Program-made: the position numbers and the translations under genes
NCBI GenBank assembly: GCA_029265315.1
Contig: JAJUJM010000008.1
Location: 37,777-101,776, forward strand
Length of the DNA: 64,000 nt
DNA from: Actinomycetota bacterium
GTDB taxonomy: Bacteria > Actinomycetota > Coriobacteriia > Anaerosomatales > PHET01
Reading direction: 5' to 3'
Part shown: piece by piece, positions 56,345 to 64,000 of the stretch
Numbering within the stretch: position 1 is the first letter of the stretch
Layout of the letters: every line of letters starts with the position of its first letter
Notes under the pieces: model-generated
The model's input: the letters and a program-made list of their open reading frames with translations, nothing else
Database searches by the model: none
What the model was told of the DNA's origin: nothing

Positions 56345-57684
56345 GCGGACGCCCCGGATTCGCGGTGTTCTGCAACGCCACTGGCGTCATCGAGGACGTG
56401 CTCGTGGACCGGGGCGGCCACGAGACGCCCCTGGGCCCCGGGGTGAGCCTCGCCGACGTGGTCGAACCTGACTCCCGCGGGAAGTTCCACGAATTCATCG
56501 TGCACGTGCGCACCGACCGGGCAGCGTTCGACTGGGAGCTCAACGTGCGCGCGTCGGGCGCGGTACACGCGATGCGCTTCTCCGGTGTGAAATCGCAGTT
56601 CGGGTGCCTCGTGATCGGCGTGAGCTCGGCCCGTGAGGTCGCGGACCTGGCCGACGAGTTCATCCAGATGAACAGCGAGCTTCTGAACACGATCCGCCAG
56701 CTGCGCAAGGAGGCCGCCGAACGCCCGGCCGTGAGCCTATCGCAGCTCGCCCGGATGAACAACGAGCTCACGAACCTGCAGCGCGAGCTCGCCAAACGCA
56801 ACGCCGAGCTCGAGCGCATGACGCGCTTCCGCGAGGCGGTGCTCGACACGCACCCGGACGTCGTCTACGTCTTCGAACTGGACCCGCCGCGCATCACGTA
56901 CGTGAACGGCCAGGTGGAGCGGGCGCTCGGCTGCTCGCGTCAGAGCGTGCTCGAACGCGGCGCGATCGCCGTGAACCCGGACGATGTGGCCGCCCGCAAC
57001 GAGGCCACGCGGCGCATCCGCGACGCCGCCGACGGCGAGGTCATCGTCTCCGAGGCACGGCTCAAGTGCGCGTGCGGCGACTGGTGCTGGTTCCGCTTCC
57101 ACGAGACCGTCTTCGCGAGGGCGGCCGACGGCACGGTGACGCAGGTGCTCGGCACCGCAGAGGACGTCACCGAGGAGCGCGTGATGCGCGAGCGGCTCCA
57201 GCAGCTCGCGCTCGTCGACGAGCTCACCGGGCTTTCCAACCGCCGCGGCTTCAGCGTGCTGTCCGAGCACGCGCTCGTGCAGGCCGAGCGCGCCGGCGCC
57301 GAGGTCGGGCTCGTGTACGTGGACGTCGACGGCTTGAAGGCGGTAAACGACGAGCTCGGTCACGCCGCCGGCGACGAGGCGCTCAAAGCCGTGGCGCGTC
57401 TGCTGCGCGAGACGATGCGCGCGTCAGACGTCGTGGCTCGCTGCGGGGGCGACGAGTTCCAGGTGCTCGCGATAGGCGATCCTGCGCTTGACCTCGAAGG
57501 GCTCGAGGCCCGCCTGCGAGCCGCCATCGATGCGTTCAACGCGTCCGTCGAACGGCCGTACCGGCTGTCCGTGAGCATCGGCGCGGTGCGCTGCGACCTG
57601 GCGGAGTCGTGTGACCTGGACGACTGGGTGACGAGGGCCGACGCGCGGATGTATGAGGAGAAGGCGCGCAAGAAGCGCCCCTGA
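56341..57684 (+). CDS. PAS - coiled coil - PAS - GGDEF diguanylate cyclase
   Basis: GTG 56341 overlaps the upstream stop (GTGA). GGDEF intact (RCGGDEFQVL) with RASD I-site. Track ORF 54916-57684 is an artefactual 5' extension of this frame. Confidence 0.85.
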   Translation: MSGRPGFAVFCNATGVIEDVLVDRGGHETPLGPGVSLADVVEPDSRGKFHEFIVHVRTDRAAFDWELNVRASGAVHAMRFSGVKSQFGCLVIGVSSAREVADLADEFIQMNSELLNTIRQLRKEAAERPAVSLSQLARMNNELTNLQRELAKRNAELERMTRFREAVLDTHPDVVYVFELDPPRITYVNGQVERALGCSRQSVLERGAIAVNPDDVAARNEATRRIRDAADGEVIVSEARLKCACGDWCWFRFHETVFARAADGTVTQVLGTAEDVTEERVMRERLQQLALVDELTGLSNRRGFSVLSEHALVQAERAGAEVGLVYVDVDGLKAVNDELGHAAGDEALKAVARLLRETMRASDVVARCGGDEFQVLAIGDPALDLEGLEARLRAAIDAFNASVERPYRLSVSIGAVRCDLAESCDLDDWVTRADARMYEEKARKKRP

Positions 57685-57712
57685 ACCTGCGCGCCGGCGC
57701 CTTGCGATCGCC

Positions 57713-57829
57713 TCACTCGTCCGCGACCGAGCAGACCTCCCACACGTGGCCCACGGGGTCGGGCGCTGACGTGGCCTGTTCCGGAGCGTGCTCCTCGCCG
57801 ACGATGGCTCCCGTCGGCCGGGCGCAGCC
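57713..57829 (-). pseudogene. Possible 3' remnant of a VOC/glyoxalase-family gene
   Basis: C-terminal peptide ...SAPDPVGHVWEVCSVADE* resembles the conserved DPxGHxWEI tail of VOC-family proteins. The N-terminal ~100 aa expected for the family are absent. Confidence 0.2.
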
Positions 57830-58070
57830 GATGGCCTTTTCAGCAATGGGACACAACCCCCTCATCGAAATGTGTGCGGTCTTGTGGGGTTTGCTCCCAA
57901 GGGGCGGGGGGTGTGGCTCAGCGGGCGCACAAGGAATCAAGAAGAAAAGCGGGGGGGGTACACACCGAATCCACAACCTCGCTCCACCATGTCAGACCTT
58001 TCCGCTACGATGAGTGTCGGCGCTGGCAGGGGGTTTGGCAGCGCTCCTTCTACCCCTCGGGAGGAACAAG

Positions 58071-61000
58071 ATGGGCGACACGGGCCTGCCGCGCCCCGGC
58101 ATGTTCGCGACGGTACGCAACCGTCGCGGGGTGATTGCCGCCGTCGAGCCGTTCGATGGCGAGGACGGCCGCGTGCACCTCGTTGAGCTCGACTACAAAG
58201 ACGACCAGCTCCCGGCCGCCGAGAAGCTCATCTGGGAGCTCGAGTTGCCGCACGCCAAGCTGCTCGAGCCGAACACGCTGCCCGACCCGTCGCGCTCGGC
58301 GCCGATGCCGGCCGAGGACTTCGATGCGCTCCTGCGCACGGCGCGCTGGACGAGCGCGATGCCGTTTCTGGACCCGGACGGGTCCGGTCCGCTCGAGCGC
58401 CTGCCGTTCCGCAGCCCGTTCCACGGTGCCGTCGAGGTCGACGACTACCAGCTCGTCCCGCTGCTCAAGGCGCTCAGGATGCCGCGCGTGAACCTGCTGA
58501 TCGCCGATGACGTGGGTATCGGCAAGACCGTCGAAGCCGGCCTCATCCTCTCCGAGCTCCTCATCCGCCGCCGCATCCAGCGCGTGCTCATCCTCACGCC
58601 GGCGTCGCTCAGGCTCCAGTGGCGAGACGAGATGTCCGAGAAGTTCTCGCTGCCCTTCGACCTCGTCGACCGCGCCGAGACGCAGGCGCTCAGGCGCCGC
58701 CTGGGGATGGACGCGAACCCGTGGCGCTCGTATGCGCGGGTCATCGCGTCGTACCACTACCTGCGCCAGCCCGACGTACTCGACCAGTTCATCGCTGCGT
58801 CGCGTCCCAAGGAGGGCTCGGCGCACCTGCCGTGGGACCTGCTCATCGTCGACGAGTGCCACAACCTCATGCCGTCGCCCTTCGGCGAGGACTCGGACCT
58901 CACGAAGATGCTGCGGCTCATCGCGCCGCTCTTCGAGCACCGGCTGTTCCTGTCGGCCACGCCGCACAACGGCCACACGCGCAGCTTCACGGGGCTGCTC
59001 GAGATCCTCGACCCGGTGCGCTTCAGCGTGACCGACGAGCTCAAGCCCGCCGAACGTGCCCGCGTCGAGCAGGTGGTGCTGCGGCGCCTCAAGTCCGAGA
59101 TCAACGCGCGTACGAACCCGCCGAAGTTCTGCACGCGCCTCGAGCCGATCACGCTCACGCTTACCGCGTCGGCGGCCGAGGAGGCCGCGCTCACGGAGGC
59201 GTTCGGCGAGTTCCGCGCCGCGATGCGCGCGTGGATCGCCGCCGGCGACCGCAAGCGCCGCCGGGCGGGAAGCTTCGCGGTCGAGATTCTGGGCAAGCGG
59301 TTGCTCTCGTGCCCGGTCGCGTTCGCGGAATCGTGGCGGCGCTGCCAAGAAGGGCTCGCGGAGGCCGAAGAGGCGAGTGAGTCTGAGGTCGACGCCGCCC
59401 GCAAGTCCGTCGAGCGCGAGACCGGCGACGACCGCGAGGCGCAGTCGCAGGAAGCCACGGCGGCCGGCATCGTGGGCGCGTGGCTCAAGAAGGCCGCGCC
59501 GCACATCCAGCATCAGATCGCAGCGATCGATGCGGCGGTCGCCCGGCTCGGCCTCGATGGGGCGTCGGCTGGCTCGTGCGCCGACGTCGACCCGGCGTCC
59601 GACTCGCGGCTCGATGCCCTCTTCGCGCTCATCGAGCAGCTGCTGCGCCGTGACGGCGTGTGGCGCGACGACGAGCGGCTCGTCGTGTTCACCGAGTACA
59701 AGACCACGCTCGACTACCTCGCGCGCCGGCTGCGCGAGCGCTACGAGCCCGAGCGCGTCCTCACGCTGTACGGCGGCATGGACGATGCCGAGCGCGACGC
59801 GGTGAAGCGCGCCTTCAACGACCCCGCCGAGCATGTCCGCATCCTCATCGGCACCGATGCGGCGTCAGAAGGACTGAACCTGCAGCGCACCGCTCGCTAC
59901 CTGCTCCACTACGACCTGCCGTGGAACCCGAGCAAGCTCGAGCAGCGCAACGGCCGCCTCGACCGCCACGGCCAGGCCCGCGACGTGCAGATCTTCCACT
60001 TCGGCTCTGACACCGACGACGACCTGAAGTTCCTCGCGCACGTCATGCGCAAGGCGAACAGCATCCGCGAGGACCTGGGTAGCGCGAACGAGCTCTTCGA
60101 CGAGGCCGCCCACCGCCGCCTCATCGACGGCGAGAGCGCCGCGACCGTGACGGACGACCTCGAGAAGCGCCTGCTCGTGAACCAGGGCCGCGCGCGCATC
60201 GACGCGGACGCGACGGTCGTCACCGGCGGTGAGGACGCTGCGGCCGCCGAGCAGCTCAACGCGCTCGCCGCCGAGCTCGACCTGGACCCGGACGCGATGC
60301 GCGAGACGCTCGAGGCGGCGCTCGCCATCCGCGCGGGGCGCCCGCAGCTGCAACCGTCGCCCGCAGAGCCCGAGACCTGGCGGCTGCTCAACCCCGATCT
60401 GGCTGGCTGGGCCGAGGTCGTCGACGAGAGCCTGCGCACCGACGCCGGGCGTGCGGGCAAAGGCGGGCTCAGGCGGCTCGCCTTCGACGGCGCGCCCTTC
60501 ATCGAGCGGGTAGGCGATCGCACCGTGTTCAATCCGCGTCCCGACGTGGCGATGATGCACCTGTCTCACCCGATGCTCGACCGCGCGTTCTCGCTGCTCT
60601 CGCGCCGCCGGTATGCGGCGACCGGCGAGGAGGTGAGCCGCTGGACGGTGCGCGTGGGCGGCGTGCCGCAGGACGCCGATGCGCTCGTGCTGCTCTCCGT
60701 CGAGGAGATTGGCGTGAACGAGCTGCGCGAGACGTTCCACCACTGGGTGCGCACGATCGCGCTCCCCGTGCGTGCAGGGCACCTAGGAGAAGCGCTGCCA
60801 CACGAGGCGGCGGCGCGCCTACGCGACGCGGCGCCCGCGAGCGATCCCGGAATCGTCGAGCGCGCCACAGAGGTCTTCGAGGACGTGCTGCCGGACCTGA
60901 AGGCGCTCATCACGCGGCACGCAGCCGAGCTCACCGCGACACTGCGCGGCGAGCTCACGGCGGCAGGCGAGCAGGCCCGCGCCGATGAGGAGAAGCGCTT

Positions 61001-61334
61001 CGCGAGCCGCGCAGGCGAGGTCTCCGCGCTCATCGCCGAGAACACGCTTTCCAAGCTCGAGCGCGAGATCGCCGCGCTCAAGGCGCGGCGCGCGCAGGGG
61101 GCGCTCTTCGACGAGGAGGCACGCCTGGAAGACCTCGACCGCTCCATCGAGGAGAAGCAAGCCGAGATAGAGCGCCGGCGCCGTCACTACGAGGAGGTCC
61201 GCGAGCAGCTCGAGCGAGAGCGCGAGCGCATCATCCGCCGCCTGCTGCCCAAGCGGCACGCGATGGCCGGCGAGGCGCACGTCTTCCCGGTGTGCGTCGA
61301 GGTCCGCCTGCCGGATTCCGGGGGTGCGCGATGA
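58071..61334 (+). CDS. SNF2-family helicase (DISARM DrmD-like) with C-terminal coiled coil
   Basis: ATG 58071 after GGGAGGAAC. Motif I DDVGIGKT (GKT 58521-58529), motif II DECH (58851-58862), LSATPHNG, helicase-C TDAASEGLNLQ...WNPSKLEQRNGRLDRHGQ. Confidence 0.85.
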   Translation: MGDTGLPRPGMFATVRNRRGVIAAVEPFDGEDGRVHLVELDYKDDQLPAAEKLIWELELPHAKLLEPNTLPDPSRSAPMPAEDFDALLRTARWTSAMPFLDPDGSGPLERLPFRSPFHGAVEVDDYQLVPLLKALRMPRVNLLIADDVGIGKTVEAGLILSELLIRRRIQRVLILTPASLRLQWRDEMSEKFSLPFDLVDRAETQALRRRLGMDANPWRSYARVIASYHYLRQPDVLDQFIAASRPKEGSAHLPWDLLIVDECHNLMPSPFGEDSDLTKMLRLIAPLFEHRLFLSATPHNGHTRSFTGLLEILDPVRFSVTDELKPAERARVEQVVLRRLKSEINARTNPPKFCTRLEPITLTLTASAAEEAALTEAFGEFRAAMRAWIAAGDRKRRRAGSFAVEILGKRLLSCPVAFAESWRRCQEGLAEAEEASESEVDAARKSVERETGDDREAQSQEATAAGIVGAWLKKAAPHIQHQIAAIDAAVARLGLDGASAGSCADVDPASDSRLDALFALIEQLLRRDGVWRDDERLVVFTEYKTTLDYLARRLRERYEPERVLTLYGGMDDAERDAVKRAFNDPAEHVRILIGTDAASEGLNLQRTARYLLHYDLPWNPSKLEQRNGRLDRHGQARDVQIFHFGSDTDDDLKFLAHVMRKANSIREDLGSANELFDEAAHRRLIDGESAATVTDDLEKRLLVNQGRARIDADATVVTGGEDAAAAEQLNALAAELDLDPDAMRETLEAALAIRAGRPQLQPSPAEPETWRLLNPDLAGWAEVVDESLRTDAGRAGKGGLRRLAFDGAPFIERVGDRTVFNPRPDVAMMHLSHPMLDRAFSLLSRRRYAATGEEVSRWTVRVGGVPQDADALVLLSVEEIGVNELRETFHHWVRTIALPVRAGHLGEALPHEAAARLRDAAPASDPGIVERATEVFEDVLPDLKALITRHAAELTATLRGELTAAGEQARADEEKRFASRAGEVSALIAENTLSKLEREIAALKARRAQGALFDEEARLEDLDRSIEEKQAEIERRRRHYEEVREQLERERERIIRRLLPKRHAMAGEAHVFPVCVEVRLPDSGGAR

Positions 61335-64000
61335 GCGCGCAGCAGCTGCCACTCGTCGGCACGCGCGCACCGGGCGCCTCGACGGGTGCCGCACCAGGCG
61401 CCGCGATCCCCGGCTGGGACCTGCTGCGCCACGGCGGCCTGCTCCTCGACCCGCAGCGCCTGCGCGAGGTCGCGGCCCACGAGCCGCCCGCGCTCGACGC
61501 CTACACGGAGCGCGAGCTGCGCAAGCGCCTCACCGCGCTGCTCGACGACACGGACGGCGCCGCCGACACTCCGGCGTTCGTCGCCTTCGTCCTCGAGCGG
61601 GTCTGCGGCTTCGGGCCGCACGCCGGCGGCGCGTGGGTGCGCGGGTCGGCCGTCGAGGCGAAGTACGGCCGGCGCGCGATCACCGGCGAGACGATCAAGC
61701 CGCAGCACCTGTGGCTGGGGCCGCGCGGCGGGATGCTGCCGGTCTTCATCGACCGCGAGAAGCGCGTGGGCGTGGGCCGGGGCCGGCGCACGGTGAGCAA
61801 CGTGCTGCAGTGGCTGCGCGCGAGCAACCGGCGCCTCGCGCTCGTCACCAACGGCCGCCAGTGGCGCCTCGTCTTCGCGGGGCTCGACTTCGAGGCGTTC
61901 GCTGAGGCCGACGCCGAGCTCTTCGTCGAGGAGGGCGGGCTCTCGGCCCAGCTCACCGGGGTGCGCACGCTGCTGCAGCCCGCACTCTGGACGCCGGCCG
62001 AAGAGGGCGCGACCCCTGCGCTGGAGCGGGCCATCCTCGACGCCCGCAAGGGCCAGGCCGAGCTCTCGGCTGTGCTCGGCGAGCGGGTGCGCGAGGCCGT
62101 CGAGGTGCTCGTGCAGGCGCACGGCGACCTGCTGGCCGAGCAGGCGGTAGGCCTCCCGCCGGCCGACATCTACCGCGCGGCGGTGCGCATCGTCATGCGC
62201 ATGGTGGTCGTGCTCTTCGCCGAGTCACGCGAGCTGCTCCCGTCCGACAATGCGCTCTACCACGCCTCGTACGGCCTGTCCGGCCTCATCGAGGAGCTGC
62301 AGAAGGTCCGCCACCGCTCATCGGGCCGCCTCAAGCGCAGCCACGCGGCGTGGCCGCGGGTGCTCTCACTCTTCCGCCTCGTGCACCAGGGCTCCGGTCA
62401 CGAGGCGCTCGCCGTGCCCGCCTACGGCGGCGAGCTGTTCGCGCCCGGCGATCCGGACGGCCCGGACCCGCTCTCCCGCGCGCTCGCCATCTTCGAGCGT
62501 GGCTGCTACGAGCGCGAGGCGGTATCTGACCGCGACGTCCACGACATGCTCGAGCTCATCACGCGCACGCGCGTGAAGATCCGCCAGGGCCGCAGCGCCA
62601 CCTGGGTGACCGCGCCCGTGGACTTCTCCGACCTGTCCAGCGAGTACATCGGCATCCTGTACGAGGGCCTGCTCGACTACGAGCTCAAGCAGGCGCCCGC
62701 AGACGACCCGGTGGTCTTCCTCAGCGTTGGCAACGCGCCCGCGCTGCCGCTCTCGCGCCTTGAGGCGATGGATGATGCAGCGATCCGCTCGCTGCTCGAG
62801 TCGATGAAGGCCGAAACGAGCTCAGAAGACGCCGGCGAGGACGAGGCCGAGCCCGCCGACGAGGCGCCCGACGCCGCGCCGGAGCCCGGCGACGAGGAGC
62901 TTCCCGAGGAGGTCGTCGCCGAAGACGAGCTCGACGCGGACCTGCTTGCCGCCGAGGACGCGCCCGCCGAGCGCGACAAGGCCCTCGACGCCCGCCAGAC
63001 GGCGCGCCTGCGCGCCGAGGAGTGGGCGCGGCGCGCCGTGCTCGCCGCCAAGCTCGTGCGAGCGCCGCGCGGTACGCTCACGCCCGAGAAGCAGCTCGCG
63101 CACGAGGCTGCGCTCGACGCCAAGGCGCGCCAGCTGCTCGATAAGCGCGGTGTCGTGCTGCCTGGTGAGTGGTACGTGGTGCGCTGGGGCGGCACGCGAA
63201 AGGGCGCTGGCACGTTCTATACGCGCCCCGGCCTCGCGGTGCCTACCGTGCAGCGTACGCTCCGTCCGCTCGCCTACGACCCGCCGACGCGCGAAGACGG
63301 CTCGCCGGACACGAGCGCGCCGCAAAGCGCCTGGACGCCCAAGCGCCCCGAAGACATCCTGGCGCTCAAGGTCTGCGACCCGGCGTGCGGCTCGGGCACC
63401 TTCCCGGTCGCGGCGCTGCGCTACCTCACCGACGCGCTCTACGAGTCGCTCATCCACCACGAGCGCGTGAGCGACGACACCACGCACGAGCGCGCCATCG
63501 TGCGCCTGATCGAGCCGCCGGAAGGCGAGGAGCTCCCTGAGGAGCGCCTCGCGCACGAGCTCGTGCCGTGCCGCACGACCGATGCCGAGTTCGAGCCGCG
63601 TCTGAAAGCGCTGCTTCGCCGCCACGTCGTGGAGCGCTGCATCTACGGCGTGGACCTCGACCCGCTCGCCGTCGAGCTTGCGCGGCTGTCGCTCTGGATC
63701 GAGACGATGGACCGCTCGCTGCCGTTCTCGTTCCTCGACCACAAGGTGAAGTGCGGCAACTCGCTTGTCGGCGCGTGGTTCGACACGTTCCGTCACTACC
63801 CCGTGATGGCGTTCAAGAACCGCGAGGGCGGCGACAAGGGGCACGCAAACGGCGTGCACTTCGCCAAGGACGCGCGCACGAAGGGGCTGAAGGAGTTCGC
63901 GTCAGGGCCGCTCAAGAGCGACCTTACGCGCTTCCTGTCCGGGCCGACGCTCTTCGACGCGCGCGACTTGGCCGCCGAAGCGACCACCGTCCACGACGAC
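61331..64000 (+). CDS. Large N6-adenine DNA methyltransferase (Eco57I/PglX/DrmMI-like), 3' end beyond window
   Basis: ATGA overlap with the SNF2 gene. I translated 890 codons by eye with no stop to the window end. The ORF is absent from the supplied track. SAM motif VCDPACGSGTF (63377-63397), YGVDLDPLAVELARLSLWIE, KCGNSLVG. Confidence 0.8.
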   Translation, partial: MSAQQLPLVGTRAPGASTGAAPGAAIPGWDLLRHGGLLLDPQRLREVAAHEPPALDAYTERELRKRLTALLDDTDGAADTPAFVAFVLERVCGFGPHAGGAWVRGSAVEAKYGRRAITGETIKPQHLWLGPRGGMLPVFIDREKRVGVGRGRRTVSNVLQWLRASNRRLALVTNGRQWRLVFAGLDFEAFAEADAELFVEEGGLSAQLTGVRTLLQPALWTPAEEGATPALERAILDARKGQAELSAVLGERVREAVEVLVQAHGDLLAEQAVGLPPADIYRAAVRIVMRMVVVLFAESRELLPSDNALYHASYGLSGLIEELQKVRHRSSGRLKRSHAAWPRVLSLFRLVHQGSGHEALAVPAYGGELFAPGDPDGPDPLSRALAIFERGCYEREAVSDRDVHDMLELITRTRVKIRQGRSATWVTAPVDFSDLSSEYIGILYEGLLDYELKQAPADDPVVFLSVGNAPALPLSRLEAMDDAAIRSLLESMKAETSSEDAGEDEAEPADEAPDAAPEPGDEELPEEVVAEDELDADLLAAEDAPAERDKALDARQTARLRAEEWARRAVLAAKLVRAPRGTLTPEKQLAHEAALDAKARQLLDKRGVVLPGEWYVVRWGGTRKGAGTFYTRPGLAVPTVQRTLRPLAYDPPTREDGSPDTSAPQSAWTPKRPEDILALKVCDPACGSGTFPVAALRYLTDALYESLIHHERVSDDTTHERAIVRLIEPPEGEELPEERLAHELVPCRTTDAEFEPRLKALLRRHVVERCIYGVDLDPLAVELARLSLWIETMDRSLPFSFLDHKVKCGNSLVGAWFDTFRHYPVMAFKNREGGDKGHANGVHFAKDARTKGLKEFASGPLKSDLTRFLSGPTLFDARDLAAEATTVHDD

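Noticed and set aside
57880-58000. tRNA-like fragments (GTGTGGCTCAGCGGGC, CACCGAATCC...CTCCACCA) that could mark a tRNA-derived att site
   Set aside because: No cloverleaf can be folded: the T-stem and anticodon stem do not pair. There is also no match to the 3' ends of the six tRNAs in the window.
58050-59834. 594-aa minus-strand ORF
   Set aside because: Antisense to the SNF2 helicase, whose ordered helicase motifs I-VI are on the + strand.

Overview
High-GC bacterial chromosome segment. The conserved gene order looks like Actinomycetota: secA-prfB ... ftsE-ftsX-ctp ... smpB-ssrA; murI-MBL-rph-rdgB; tig-clpP-clpX ... valS-folC ... thrS. Several features point to an anaerobe: an Mvh-type [NiFe] hydrogenase, a split transketolase, a minimal SufBC system and B12-radical-SAM enzymes. 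Coding is almost entirely on the + strand. The many long minus-strand ORFs in the track are antisense GC artefacts. RNA genes are a tmRNA (20466-20818) and six tRNAs: Pro, Gly, Arg, His and Lys at 42086-42623, and Leu at 43307-43391. No CRISPR array, transposase or integrase is visible. Four accessory modules stand out. (1) A nine-gene non-flagellar (Frz/Wsp-like) chemosensory operon at 23.7-34.1 kb carries a stand-alone PATAN/DUF4388 protein, a single-domain receiver and a catalytically degenerate PilB/GspE-like 'pseudo-ATPase'. (2) A stand-alone CarH-type B12 photoreceptor module (Wx9EH plus ExHxxG-41-SxT-28-GG) is translationally coupled to a PAS-GGDEF diguanylate cyclase (55.3-57.7 kb). 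(3) At the 3' end (58.07 kb to the window edge) a SNF2 helicase is translationally coupled to a large N6-adenine methyltransferase. The methyltransferase ORF runs off the window and is missing from the supplied ORF track. The pair resembles the start of a DISARM class-1 defence system. (4) A tandem pair of small 4-Cys paralogues of unknown function lies between clpX and valS. Smaller oddities: an RF2 with SPT in place of the canonical SPF and no +1 frameshift, an Mvh-like hydrogenase whose HdrA-like partner has a degenerate FAD motif, and a recurring TGYTAGAAT extended -10 promoter motif.
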